64,000 nt of DNA from Dehalococcoidia bacterium (GCA_965248495.1 CBDFJL010000003.1:924852-988851), one strand, 5' to 3'. Positions 38,482-48,268 are shown, counted from the stretch's first letter. The notes: generated by a model not told the origin, from the letters alone. Translations and numbers: made by a program.

Positions 38482-38713
38482 GGCGTCACTCACAACAAGA
38501 CCCCCGGCGTACCGGGGGTCCTGTGGCACAGTATAACATAGCCTTGGACCAGGCCGTGGTGCTGTGCAGCCACTGGTTGACCCGCGCCTGCGTCAGCAGT
38601 TGGGGAGGAGACTCAAGAAGGGTCGGCTTCCTAAGCATTCGTTCGCCTTGCATCGTCCCTTCGGGTGCGTTGTACACTTTGTACGGCCTCTCGCACGGGC
38701 ACCACCTTCCGCT

Positions 38714-39862
38714 ATGTTGCACATCCGCACACGCACCCTGAGTCTCGTCGTCCTGACTGGGGTCGCCCTGCTGGCCGCTGCGTGTGCCTCGGCGCCGCCG
38801 ACGTTGCCGTCGCCGCCGACGCCGACGCCGACTGCAACGGCGACACCTTCACCCGACCCCACGCCGACCGCCACGCCGCTGCCGACCGCCACGCCGACGC
38901 CGACCCCCACGCCGACCCCGACAGCCACGCCGACGCCGACGCCGACGCCGACGCTGGAGGAGGTGATTGACGACGCTGCCGCCGCCATGGTGCGCGTGGC
39001 GCGGGGCACGCTGCGCTGGTCCGGGGTGATGATCAATGCGGATGGCCGCTTGCTCACCACCTCCCGCAACCTGGGCGCGGCGCCGCTAGTCGACGTGACG
39101 ATGGCGGATGGGCGCGTGGCCCAGGCCTGGGTGGCCGGGCGCAACGACTCACTCGACATTGCGCTGCTCGATGTCATCGAATCGACCGGCGGCTTCGCCT
39201 TCATCCCGCCCGGCCCGGGCGGGACACTCGACATCGACGAGTCCGTACTGGTCCTGGGCTACCCGAGCGGACTGAACGCGCCGTTGGACCGGCGCCAGGC
39301 GCGGGTGCTGGGCATCCGCGAGGACCTGAACTCGCGCGCACGGTACTCGCAGATCCTGGTCTCGCAGGTAGCCGGCACGGAAGGCGGTGGCCTCTTTGAC
39401 GTCCTCGGTCAGCTCGTTGGGATACGGATGACCGAGGAGCAGATGATCCTGCTTGGCCTGGGCCGGCCGGGCGAGGTCTACGCCCTCTCGGCCGATTCGC
39501 TGCAAGGGTTCGTGCTCCGGCAGCTCGAAGAAGGGATCTCAGACATCATCCTCAGCCCCTCCGACATTAACGAGAACACCTTCCCGGGCCTGCCAAACGT
39601 GTTCACCGGCACGGTGTTTGAGGGCACTCAGCCCGCCGATCCGGGATCAGTCCCGGTCTACGCGCGCGTATTCAAGCCCGGCCTGCCAGACATTTGGACC
39701 GTCGCGGAGATCGCGTCGGGCGGCGCTTACCAGCTGTCTGTGAACGCCGGTGATGACTACCAGAACGCGACGGTGGAGTTCTGGCGGGACAAGAAGAGGG
39801 CGGCCGTGCAGCGCAACTACACGAACGGTTTCGCCACCGTTGCGCTCGACCTGGTCTACTAG
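38714..39862 (+). CDS. Lipoprotein with PT-rich linker and a trypsin-like (S1C/HtrA-like) fold that lacks the catalytic His and Ser
   Basis: Lipobox LLAAAC, then a (TP)n linker. LLTTSRNL sits where the family has LTNAHV. DIALLDV retains the Asp. AGTEGGGLFD sits where the family has GNSGGPL. Confidence 0.7.
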   Translation: MLHIRTRTLSLVVLTGVALLAAACASAPPTLPSPPTPTPTATATPSPDPTPTATPLPTATPTPTPTPTPTATPTPTPTPTLEEVIDDAAAAMVRVARGTLRWSGVMINADGRLLTTSRNLGAAPLVDVTMADGRVAQAWVAGRNDSLDIALLDVIESTGGFAFIPPGPGGTLDIDESVLVLGYPSGLNAPLDRRQARVLGIREDLNSRARYSQILVSQVAGTEGGGLFDVLGQLVGIRMTEEQMILLGLGRPGEVYALSADSLQGFVLRQLEEGISDIILSPSDINENTFPGLPNVFTGTVFEGTQPADPGSVPVYARVFKPGLPDIWTVAEIASGGAYQLSVNAGDDYQNATVEFWRDKKRAAVQRNYTNGFATVALDLVY

Positions 39863-39867
39863 GCGGC

Positions 39868-41130
39868 TTACCTGCGTCCCAACAGGGCGACCGCCTCGCC
39901 GGGGGTCATCTCCCGCTGGTCACCTGCCCGCATGTCGCGGAGCGTCACCACCCCCTTGGCCAGCTCCTGCTCGCCGATGATGGCCACGTATGCCGCCCCG
40001 ATGCCCGAGGCGTAACGAAGTTGGCCGCGCATGCTGCGTTCGGGAGCCAGCGTGGTCACCGCGCCCGCGGCGCGGAGGTCGCGGGCGAGGGCGATGCCAC
40101 CGGCCTTCGCCGCTTCGCCTCGATAGGCGACCACGACGGGTGTCACCGAAGGGCCGGGCACGGCGATGCTCTGGCGCTGCATGTTGAGGACGAGCCGGTC
40201 GATGCCGGCAGCCCACCCGATGGCCGGCGTCGGCGCCCCGCCCATCTGTTCGATGAGTCCATCGTAGCGCCCGCCGGCGCAGACGCTGCTCTGCGAGCCC
40301 TCGACGTCCGGCTGGATCTCGAAGACGGTGCGCGTGTAGTAATCGAGTCCGCGCACCAGCCGGTGGTCGAGCTCGTATGCGATTCCCGCGGTGTCCAGGT
40401 GATGCAGCAGCTCCCGCCAATGTGCGGCGGCGTCGGCTCCCAGATAGTCGACGCTCCGAGGTGCGCCGGGCAGCAGGTCCTGAATCCGGGGGTCCTTGGA
40501 ATCGAGCAGGCGCAGCGGGTTGCCTTCGAAGCGTCGCAGGTCATCTGCGCCTAGCTGACTGAGGTGGGGCCTCAGATACTCGCGAAGGGCGTCTAGGTAG
40601 GCCGGCCGGTCGGTCTGGTCGCCGATGCTGTTGACCAGGAGCCGCATGCTCCCGAGGCCGAGGCCGTCGATTGCGCCCATGGCAAGCTCGATGACTTCGA
40701 GGTCGAGCGCGGCGTCGGAGTCGCCGATCGCCTCGATGCCAAACTGCTGGAGCTGGCGATAGCGCCCGGCCTGCGGACGGTCGTACCGGAACATGGGCGC
40801 GTAGTAGAACAGGCGCAGCGGCAGCGGCTGGTTGTGCAGGCCGTGCTCGATGTAGGCCCTGCATACGGCGGCGGTGCCCTCCGGCCGCAGGGACAACTGC
40901 TGTCCGCCGCGGTCCTCGAAGAGGTACATCTCTTTCTGGACGATGTCCGTCTCATCGCCGACGGTGCGGAGGAAGACGTCCGCGTCTTCGAAAACCGGCG
41001 TGTCGATGCGCGCGTAGCCAAAGGTTCCGGCGCGGGCCGCCAGCGACGATTCCACGAAGCGCCAGTAGGGCTGCTGGTCGGGGAGGACGTCGTAAGTCCC
41101 TCGAGGTGCTTGGTGCTGTTGGCCGCTCAT
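39868..41130 (-). CDS. hisS: Histidine--tRNA ligase
   Basis: Class II motifs: YAPMFRYDRPQAGRYRQLQQFGIEAIG and GGRYDGL. Confidence 0.95.
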   Translation of the reverse strand: MSGQQHQAPRGTYDVLPDQQPYWRFVESSLAARAGTFGYARIDTPVFEDADVFLRTVGDETDIVQKEMYLFEDRGGQQLSLRPEGTAAVCRAYIEHGLHNQPLPLRLFYYAPMFRYDRPQAGRYRQLQQFGIEAIGDSDAALDLEVIELAMGAIDGLGLGSMRLLVNSIGDQTDRPAYLDALREYLRPHLSQLGADDLRRFEGNPLRLLDSKDPRIQDLLPGAPRSVDYLGADAAAHWRELLHHLDTAGIAYELDHRLVRGLDYYTRTVFEIQPDVEGSQSSVCAGGRYDGLIEQMGGAPTPAIGWAAGIDRLVLNMQRQSIAVPGPSVTPVVVAYRGEAAKAGGIALARDLRAAGAVTTLAPERSMRGQLRYASGIGAAYVAIIGEQELAKGVVTLRDMRAGDQREMTPGEAVALLGRR

Positions 41131-41210
41131 GGTAGTTCTGGGGTAGCTCTGGGTGGCGCTGGTGGCCGTTCGTTGGGCCGCGGAGGCTGGGAAGCTACGG
41201 GACGATTATA

Positions 41211-43445
41211 ATGGGGGCCAGGTTCAAGGAGGCCACCCGCGTGGAAGCGCTGATCGAGAAGGTACGCGGCTACCTGCCCGCCGACAAGGTGGAGTTGGTC
41301 GAGCGCGCGCTTGCTTACGCCGACGAGCTTCACGCGGGGCAGAGCCGGCGCTCTGGCGGGCCGTACATCGAGCACCCGCTGAGCGTGGCGAGCTACCTGG
41401 CCGACCTTTCCCTGGACGCCACGACCATCGCGGCGGCCCTGCTTCACGACGTCGTCGAGGACTGCGACGTCTCGCCCGCGGAGCTCAGCGAGCGATTCGG
41501 CCCCGACGTCGCACGGCTCGTGGACGGCGTCACGAAGCTCCAGCGTCTCGATTTGCTGAATACTGACGGATCCGATACCGCCAGACCTCCCATCGACGCG
41601 GCGCAGGCTGAGAGCCTGCGCAAGATGCTGGTGGCGATGGCCGAGGACATCCGCGTCGTGCTCATCAAGCTCGCCGACCGGCTCCACAACATGAACACAT
41701 TGGGGGCCCTGGCCCCCGATCGCCGGGTTGCGATCGCACAAGAGACGCTGGACATCTACGCACCGTTGGCTCATCGCTTAGGCATGGGCGAGATCAAGTG
41801 GCAGCTCGAAGACCTGGCGTTCCGGCACCTGCAGCCAAACCAGTACCGCTCGATTTCCCGCTTGCTGTCCCACCGGCGCCAGGAGCGCGAGGCCTACGTC
41901 CGCCAGGTGACGGAGGTGTTGCGCCGGGAGCTGGTCCGCGCGGGCTTGGACGGTGAGGTCACGGGACGCCCGAAGCACATCTACAGCACCTATCGAAAGG
42001 CGCAGACCTACCGGGCGCAAGGCAAGGACTTCGGCGATATCCATGACCTCTACGCCGTCCGGGTGCTGGTGCATAGCATGCAGGACTGCTATGCGGCCCT
42101 GGGCGTCGCGCACGCACTGTGGCGGCCGGTGCCCGGCGAGTTCGACGACTACATCGCCAACCCCAAAGAGAACCTGTACCAGTCACTGCACACGACGGTG
42201 CGTGCCATCGGGGGGGTGCCGATCGAGGTGCAGGTACGCACACACCTGATGCACCAGTACGCCGAGCACGGCGTGGCGTCGCACTGGCGCTACAAAGAGG
42301 GCGGGACCAGCAAGGACGGTAGCTTCGACGAGCGCATGACCTGGCTGCGCCAGCTCCTGGAGTGGCAGCGGGATCTGAGCGGGACTGACGACTTCCTCGA
42401 GTCGGTCACCACGGACCTGTTCAACGACCAGGTGTTTGTCTACACACCTAAGAACGAGATCAAAGAGCTGCCCGCCGGCTCGACGCCCATCGACTTCGCC
42501 TACCGCATCCATACCGACCTTGGCCACCGGTGTATCGGCGCCAAGGTCAACGGCAAGCTCGTGGCCCTGGACACGCAGCTGCGCAATGGGGACACCGTCG
42601 AGATATTGACCAGCAAGGTCGCGCGCGGTCCCAGCCTCGACTGGCTGAACCCTCACCTTGGCGTCGTCCACACCGCGACGGCCAGGCAGGCGATTCGCGC
42701 CTGGTTCCGTAGGCAGCAGCGTGGCGAAAACGCCCAGCGAGGCCGCGAGCTCCTGAAGCGCGAGCTGCGCAGGCTGAACGTGGACGTCGACGAAGCGGAG
42801 ATCGCCAAGCTGCTCGGTCTGGACGGCGCCGAAGACATGCACGTGGGCCTGGGGTCCGGCCAGATCTCCGTGGCGCAGCTCACCAGCAGGCTCGCCAACC
42901 GGCAAGACCCCGGCGCGGTCTCGGAGCCCACCCACACGACCTTGCCTGCGCCCGCGCCGTCTATATCGGTCCTGGGGGTGGGCGACCTGCTGACCCGCAT
43001 GGGCGAATGTTGCCACCCGCTGCCGGGAGACGACATCGTCGGCTACGTGACGCGTACGCGCGGGGTGACCGTCCACCGAGGCGACTGCCCCAACATGCGT
43101 TCGGACCCCGACTCTGAGCGCAGGATCGCGGTGTCGTGGGGTGATGCGCGCACGCTGTACCCGGTTCGGATCCGAGTGGACGCATGGGACCGGGTCGGGC
43201 TGCTGCACGACATCACCGGCACGGTGTCGGGCGAGAGCGTGAACATCGCCGGCTCTCACACCGATGTCCACCCGGACGGGCAGGTGACGGTGACGATGAC
43301 GCTGCAGGTCGTATCCATGGAGCAGCTCAGCCGGCTGTTCTCCCGTGTTGAGGGGGTTCGTGGCGTCCGCAGCGTCGCCCGGTCTACCGAGACGCGGCAG
43401 CGGGAACAGGCGCCTGGTGGCCAAGAGACGCCCCAGCAGCGATAA
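41211..43445 (+). CDS. relA: Bifunctional (p)ppGpp synthetase/hydrolase
   Basis: Contains the HD domain (YIEHPLSVA...HDVVED), the synthetase domain (YRSLHTTV-like QSLHTTVRA) and TGS and ACT domains. Confidence 0.95.
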   Translation: MGARFKEATRVEALIEKVRGYLPADKVELVERALAYADELHAGQSRRSGGPYIEHPLSVASYLADLSLDATTIAAALLHDVVEDCDVSPAELSERFGPDVARLVDGVTKLQRLDLLNTDGSDTARPPIDAAQAESLRKMLVAMAEDIRVVLIKLADRLHNMNTLGALAPDRRVAIAQETLDIYAPLAHRLGMGEIKWQLEDLAFRHLQPNQYRSISRLLSHRRQEREAYVRQVTEVLRRELVRAGLDGEVTGRPKHIYSTYRKAQTYRAQGKDFGDIHDLYAVRVLVHSMQDCYAALGVAHALWRPVPGEFDDYIANPKENLYQSLHTTVRAIGGVPIEVQVRTHLMHQYAEHGVASHWRYKEGGTSKDGSFDERMTWLRQLLEWQRDLSGTDDFLESVTTDLFNDQVFVYTPKNEIKELPAGSTPIDFAYRIHTDLGHRCIGAKVNGKLVALDTQLRNGDTVEILTSKVARGPSLDWLNPHLGVVHTATARQAIRAWFRRQQRGENAQRGRELLKRELRRLNVDVDEAEIAKLLGLDGAEDMHVGLGSGQISVAQLTSRLANRQDPGAVSEPTHTTLPAPAPSISVLGVGDLLTRMGECCHPLPGDDIVGYVTRTRGVTVHRGDCPNMRSDPDSERRIAVSWGDARTLYPVRIRVDAWDRVGLLHDITGTVSGESVNIAGSHTDVHPDGQVTVTMTLQVVSMEQLSRLFSRVEGVRGVRSVARSTETRQREQAPGGQETPQQR

Positions 43446-43499
43446 TTGCATCGCGCGCCCACATTTGGCCTGACTGGGCCGCCGATCGAGGAGTATCCA

Positions 43500-43751
43500 T
43501 TGCCAGCAAAGAAAACGGCCCGCACGCAAGTACGGCGCCGCACGATCAACCGGACCCTTCGCTCCGGTAGCCGCACGGCCGTCAAGAAAGCGGATCGCCT
43601 CATCCGGGCGGGCGCCGACGAGGCAACATCAGCGGTGACCGCGGCTATCAGCACCCTGGATCGCGCCGCCAGCAAGGGCGTCGTTCATCGGAACGCCGCC
43701 GCCCGCGGCAAGTCCCGGCTCATGCGCCGGCTGCACAAGGCGGCCGGCTAG
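43500..43751 (+). CDS. rpsT: 30S ribosomal protein S20
   Basis: (M)PAKKTARTQVRRRTINRTLRSGSRTAVKKADRLI...HRNAAARGKSRLMRRL. TTG 43500 lies 6 nt after GAGGAG; the track ORF starts too early. Confidence 0.85.
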   Translation: MPAKKTARTQVRRRTINRTLRSGSRTAVKKADRLIRAGADEATSAVTAAISTLDRAASKGVVHRNAAARGKSRLMRRLHKAAG

Positions 43752-43808
43752 CAGACTCGCTACGCCGGCTCCGGTTCACCGCCTCAGCACGCCCCTGACA
43801 GGCCGCCG

Positions 43809-43856
43809 TTGACACCCCGGCGGGCCCGCCGCTAGAGTGCGCCGAACAGACGTTCC
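43809..43856 (+). promoter_or_regulatory. lexA promoter with Cheo-type SOS box
   Basis: TTGACA (43809-43814), an 18-nt spacer, TAGAGT (43833-43838). It is followed by CGAACAGACGTTCC (43843-43856), which fits CGAACRNRYGTTYC at every position. Confidence 0.7.
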
Positions 43857-43880
43857 GACTCACCCACAGGCGGCTGCTCC

Positions 43881-44528
43881 ATGACCAAGCTCTCACCACG
43901 ACAGGCCGAGATCCTCGCCTTCATCCGCGAGTACCACGCCGAGCATCAGTACATGCCTTCGGTGCGGGAGATCCAGGCCGCGTGCGATATCAGCTCCACC
44001 TCTGTGGTGGACTACAACCTGCGTATCCTCCAGCGCGAGGGCCAGGTGCGGCGGGCGCCCGACATCTCCCGCGGCCTCGAGATAACGGACGGCTCTCCCA
44101 CGCGCCGGGCACCTGAGCGTGTCGCCATACCGGTGATTGGGAACATCGCCGCCGGCGCACCGTTGCCGGTCGCGACACCGGACGGGTGGCACAGCGAGAA
44201 CACCGAGACCATCGGGCTGCCTCCAGAGCTGACCCCCCGAGACGTGGAGGAGCTCTACGCACTGCGCGTCAAGGGGACTTCGATGATCGACGCGCTGGTA
44301 GACGACGGGGATGTCGTCGTGCTCAGGGCCGTGCGCGACGCGCACGATGGTGAGATGGTCGCCGCCTGGATCAAGTCCACTGAGGAGACGACGCTCAAGC
44401 GCTTCTACCGTGAGGGCGACCGGGTGCGGCTACAGCCGGCCAACAGCCAGATGGACGCGATCATGGTCCCGGCCGACGACGTCGAGGTACAGGGGCGGGT
44501 CGTCGCCGTGTTCCGGCGACTGGAGTAG
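43881..44528 (+). CDS. lexA: LexA repressor
   Basis: An N-terminal winged HTH (PSVREIQAACDISSTSVVDYNLRIL) is followed by an S24 peptidase domain (VKGTSMIDA...K). Confidence 0.95.
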   Translation: MTKLSPRQAEILAFIREYHAEHQYMPSVREIQAACDISSTSVVDYNLRILQREGQVRRAPDISRGLEITDGSPTRRAPERVAIPVIGNIAAGAPLPVATPDGWHSENTETIGLPPELTPRDVEELYALRVKGTSMIDALVDDGDVVVLRAVRDAHDGEMVAAWIKSTEETTLKRFYREGDRVRLQPANSQMDAIMVPADDVEVQGRVVAVFRRLE

Positions 44529-44557
44529 CCCCGCTTTTCGAGGCCCTCCCGACTAAC

Positions 44558-44599
44558 CGGACGCCCGCTTGGTCGGACGCCCGCTTAGTCGGACGACGG
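44558..44599. repeat. 16-bp tandem direct repeat (about 2.6 units)
   Basis: cggacgcccgcttggt / cggacgcccgcttagt / cggacgacgg. It spans the gap between lexA and the convergent small gene and includes that gene's stop codon. Confidence 0.6.
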
Positions 44600-44833
44600 T
44601 AGCTTCTTGGCTACCAGCATCTCCAACGGCTCGCCCTCGGCGAGCAGCCTACCCGGCCCCGGCTTGGTGCACAGCACGGTGATCCCGGTCGCCGTGGACG
44701 CGTAGCGCTTGCCAAGCTGGAACGCGCCCGTGTCACTGCCCTCGTAAGTCAGGCCCGCGCCGCCGCCCTTCGTGACCATGAAGTGGGGGCCGGCGTCGCC
44801 GTACGAGAGCTTTTGTCCCATGGTGGTCGGCAT
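44585..44833 (-). CDS. Small hypothetical protein with an internal approximately 27-aa duplication
   Basis: GQKLSYGDAGPHFMVTKGGGAGLTYEG aligns with GKRYASTATGITVLCTKPGPGRLLAEG. Third-position G/C bias supports coding. Confidence 0.5.
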   Translation of the reverse strand: MPTTMGQKLSYGDAGPHFMVTKGGGAGLTYEGSDTGAFQLGKRYASTATGITVLCTKPGPGRLLAEGEPLEMLVAKKLPSSD

Positions 44834-44918
44834 CGCGGCTCCTTCGGCGAGGCCATGTTAGCAGAGCCCACGCGGTCGCTTGCCGCGCCAGGCGGCGCCC
44901 AACTATGCTCCCGCGACC

Positions 44919-46106
44919 ATGGCTATCTCTCGTACCGTCCGGGCCTACATGGCGGAGAGCTCTTGGATCCGCCGCATGTTCGAGGCAGGGATCGAGCTAC
45001 GGCGCCAGCGGGGCGACGACAACGTCTTCGACCTGTCCTTGGGCAACCCCATCATGGAGCCCCCGGAGGAGTTCCGCACGGAGCTGAGGCGCTGGGCGGA
45101 TCATCCCGAGCCGGGGATGCATCGTTACATGCCCAACGCCGGCTACCCGGCGACGCGGCAGGCGGTGGCGGGCGAGCTGGCGCGGGAGAGCGGCCTGCCG
45201 TACACGGGAGCCAATGTGCTCATGACCGTGGGCGCGGGCGGTGGTCTCAACTGCGCGCTGCACGCACTCTGTGACCCAGGCGACGAGGTGCTCGTCCTGG
45301 CCCCGTACTTCGCGGAGTACCTCTTCTACGCTTACAACCATGCGGCAGTGCCGGTGGTAGTCCGCTGCGACGCGCGATTCGTCCCCGACCTCGACGACCT
45401 GGCGGCGAAGGTGACGTCGCGGACCAAGGCCCTGCTGCTCAATTCACCCAACAATCCCTCCGGTGTCGTGTACGGCGAAGATGTCGTGCGCGCCATCGCA
45501 GAGGTCTTGGAGCGGCGCGGCGCCGAGGTGGGGGCAGAGGTCTACATCGTCAGCGATGAGCCGTACCGGCGGCTGCTGTTCGATGGCGCGAGCTACATCT
45601 TCCCGCAACGGCTGTATACGCGGACCATCGTCGTCAGCTCTCACTCCAAGGACCTGGCGCTGCCGGGCGAGCGCATCGGTTACGCGGCCGTTCACCCCCA
45701 CGACCCCGACGCGGCCGAGCTGATGGACGCGCTGACGTTTAGCAACCGCGTGCTGGGCTTCGTCAACGCACCCGCGCTCATGCAGCACATCGTTGCGCGC
45801 TTGCAGGGGGTCACGGTGGACGTGACGGACTATCAGCGCAAGCGCGACTTCGTGTACGAGGGCCTGAGCGACGCGGGTTACGAGGTTGTGAAGCCTCAGG
45901 GCGCCTTCTACATCTTCCCGCGCTCACCGGTGGCCGACGAGCTTCTCACCGTCGATGCGCTCTTCGAGCGGGGGGTCCTGGTAGTGCCGGGCCGTGGATT
46001 CGGTATGGAGGGATACTTCCGTATCTCCTTCTGTGTCGACCAGTCCGTGCTCGACGGAGCGATGCCGGCGCTGCGCGAGGTCGCTACCGAGCTCGGAGGC
46101 ACCTAA
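44919..46106 (+). CDS. Pyridoxal-phosphate-dependent aminotransferase (class I/II)
   Basis: LSLGNP...NSPNNPSGVVY...SHSKDLALPGERIGY (PLP lysine)...FRISF. Confidence 0.9.
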   Translation: MAISRTVRAYMAESSWIRRMFEAGIELRRQRGDDNVFDLSLGNPIMEPPEEFRTELRRWADHPEPGMHRYMPNAGYPATRQAVAGELARESGLPYTGANVLMTVGAGGGLNCALHALCDPGDEVLVLAPYFAEYLFYAYNHAAVPVVVRCDARFVPDLDDLAAKVTSRTKALLLNSPNNPSGVVYGEDVVRAIAEVLERRGAEVGAEVYIVSDEPYRRLLFDGASYIFPQRLYTRTIVVSSHSKDLALPGERIGYAAVHPHDPDAAELMDALTFSNRVLGFVNAPALMQHIVARLQGVTVDVTDYQRKRDFVYEGLSDAGYEVVKPQGAFYIFPRSPVADELLTVDALFERGVLVVPGRGFGMEGYFRISFCVDQSVLDGAMPALREVATELGGT

Positions 46107-46179
46107 CGGGCGAGCCGGGCTGACGGGCGGCGCGATGCTCGTTATGATTGGTGTGGACGGGCAAGAGAAGAGGAGACCG

Positions 46180-47082
46180 ATGGCAACGCAGCCCAGGGTG
46201 CTGGGTGTAGACCGCCAACTGCAGATGCGCATGCTCATCACGATGCTGCTGCTGGGCGTCGTGTACGGCGTCTTCATCTTTGTCCTGTGGAGCATCGGGG
46301 CGGCGTTCGGGCTGATCTTCGTGAGCCTCATGGTGTTGGTCCAGTTCTACTTTTCGGACCGCATGGTGTTGGCGACCATGCGAGCGAAGGTGGTCACGGA
46401 GCAAGACCAGCCCCGCCTGCACGAGATGGTCGGGCGCCTGGCCGCTGAGGCCGGCGTTCCCAAGCCCCGGGTCGCGGTCGCGGATATGGCCGTGCCCAAT
46501 GCCTTCGCCACCGGCCGTAGCCAGAAGCACGCCGCCGTGGCCGTGACCACAGGCCTGATGGACATACTCAGCGATGCCGAGCTGGAGGGTGTGCTGGCCC
46601 ACGAGATGAGCCACATCCGCTCGCGCGACGTGCAGGTGATGACCTACGCGAGCTTCTTCGCGGTGGTGGCCTCGTCCCTCATGACCTTCTTCTTCTTCAT
46701 GGGCCTAATGGGCGGGATGAGGGGCCGTCGCAATGGCAGCGGGGGCAGCTACATCATGGTCGCTTACCTCGTCACCATCATCGTCTGGGTCGTCAGCCAG
46801 ATCCTCATAGCCACGCTGTCGCGCTATCGAGAGTTCGCTGCCGACAGAGGCGCCGCGGCGTTGACGGGCAGACCCATGGAGCTGGCATCGGCGCTCGAGC
46901 GCATCAGCGGGAGCGTCTCCAAGGTGCCCAAGAACGATCTGCGCAAACTCGAGACCATGAACGCCTTCTTCATCATGCCGGCCATCGGCGACGGTGTGGC
47001 GAAGCTCTTCTCGACACACCCGTCGACCATGCGGCGGATCGAGCGCCTGCGCCAGATCGCGCAGGACTTCCCGGCAAGCTAG
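46180..47082 (+). CDS. htpX: Zinc metalloprotease HtpX homolog (M48)
   Basis: HEMSHI zinc motif with TM segments on either side. AGAGGAG RBS precedes ATG 46180. Confidence 0.9.
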   Translation: MATQPRVLGVDRQLQMRMLITMLLLGVVYGVFIFVLWSIGAAFGLIFVSLMVLVQFYFSDRMVLATMRAKVVTEQDQPRLHEMVGRLAAEAGVPKPRVAVADMAVPNAFATGRSQKHAAVAVTTGLMDILSDAELEGVLAHEMSHIRSRDVQVMTYASFFAVVASSLMTFFFFMGLMGGMRGRRNGSGGSYIMVAYLVTIIVWVVSQILIATLSRYREFAADRGAAALTGRPMELASALERISGSVSKVPKNDLRKLETMNAFFIMPAIGDGVAKLFSTHPSTMRRIERLRQIAQDFPAS

Positions 47083-47100
47083 GACGCACGCAAGCTCACC

Positions 47101-47676
47101 ATGATGCACGGAGCTCTGTTTCGCCGGAATGCGGGTGCGCCCGACTCGTGGTCCGAGGCCATCGGTACGATGGCGACCGCCGCGCCACGGCTCGAGGGAC
47201 AGCTCGAGACGCTCAACACGGGCCGCGTGGGAATCATCGTGCGCCCAGACTCGGGCCAGTCGGCCGAGTCGGCCCGAGAGCAGCTCGACGCCATTCTCCG
47301 TACCGACCCGTCGACGGCGACGGTCGCGCTGTCGGTTGAGGATGACCAGCTCGGCACCCAATGGATCATCGTGCGGGGATCGTCGCTAAAGGGGCTGGTG
47401 CGCGACGCTCGCCTGGTCGGCGAGGCTCTCCTCAGCCGGGACATTGGCTCGCGAATCGTGGCGGCGGTGTTCCCGTTCACCTGGAACGACACACGCCAGT
47501 ACTGGGTCTATCAACGCCGGATCAACAAGTACACGCCCTTCGTGCCAGTGGGGATGCCTTCCGAAGAGCGACGCGACGCGACGCTGGAGACGCGCATGGA
47601 GAAGGCGCTGCGGCGCGAGCTGCCTACCGAGAAGAAGATGAGCGAGTGGTACCCCATCTGGGGGATGCCGATCTAG
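47101..47676 (+). CDS. Conserved hypothetical protein downstream of htpX
   Basis: 191-aa ORF with good third-position bias and no motif I can name. Possibly one of the PspA/HtpX-associated families, but this is unverified. Confidence 0.55.
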   Translation: MMHGALFRRNAGAPDSWSEAIGTMATAAPRLEGQLETLNTGRVGIIVRPDSGQSAESAREQLDAILRTDPSTATVALSVEDDQLGTQWIIVRGSSLKGLVRDARLVGEALLSRDIGSRIVAAVFPFTWNDTRQYWVYQRRINKYTPFVPVGMPSEERRDATLETRMEKALRRELPTEKKMSEWYPIWGMPI

Positions 47677-47687
47677 CCGTTTGCTCA

Positions 47688-47885
47688 TCAGTGCCCCGCG
47701 CGGGCGTAGCGGCGCACGAGCACGAAGCCCCCGATGATGATCACCAGGTCCAGCACCAGCAAGACCAGTAGGCCGCCAACGGCAGGCAGGCCCGCGCCGA
47801 GCACCAGGGCGATAACGAGGAATCCCGACAGCGCCAAGCCGACGGTCATGCCCAACCCGATTCGTGTGCTCGTGGGCATGTTCAA
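47688..47885 (-). CDS. Small two-TM membrane protein
   Basis: MNMPTSTRIGLGMTVGLALSGFLVIALVLGAGLPAVGGLLVLLVLDLVIIIGGFVLVRRYARAGH. Confidence 0.5.
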   Translation of the reverse strand: MNMPTSTRIGLGMTVGLALSGFLVIALVLGAGLPAVGGLLVLLVLDLVIIIGGFVLVRRYARAGH

Positions 47886-47928
47886 GGGGCCTCAATCGGG
47901 AGTATAGCGCCGCGCGCTTGTGTGTTTG

Positions 47929-47966
47929 TGGTATATTAGACCCAGCCCAGGGGGGTAGGGGTAACC
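47929..47966 (+). promoter_or_regulatory. csoR-copA promoter (extended -10) and G/C-tract pseudo-palindrome; candidate CsoR operator
   Basis: TGgTATATT has its hexamer at 47932-47937. ACCCAGCCCAGGGGGGTAGGGGTA follows between the -10 and the ATG. CsoR operators are typically C-tract/G-tract inverted repeats. Confidence 0.45.
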
Positions 47967-48233
47967 ATGGAAGACACAGTCAAGAGCGACGCACTCAAAC
48001 GGCTGAGCTACCTCAGCGGCCACCTTGACGGCGTTCGCCGCATGATCGAGGCCGACACCTACTGCGTCGATGTGCTCAAGCAGACCCACGCCGTGCGGCG
48101 GGCCATCGAGAAACTGGAGTCGGTACTCCTCGAAGGCCACCTGCACACGTGCGTGCCCGACGCCATCCGCGATGGACGTGAGGACCAAGTGGTCAGCGAA
48201 TTGGTCGAGCTCTACGAAGTGGCAAACAGGTAA
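47967..48233 (+). CDS. csoR: CsoR/RcnR family metal-sensing transcriptional repressor
   Basis: [51 protein letters not shown] carries the C-H-C ligand pattern. Confidence 0.9.
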   Translation: MEDTVKSDALKRLSYLSGHLDGVRRMIEADTYCVDVLKQTHAVRRAIEKLESVLLEGHLHTCVPDAIRDGREDQVVSELVELYEVANR

Positions 48234-48268
48234 AACATGGCGACCCGAATTACGGCGAGGAGGCGGCG

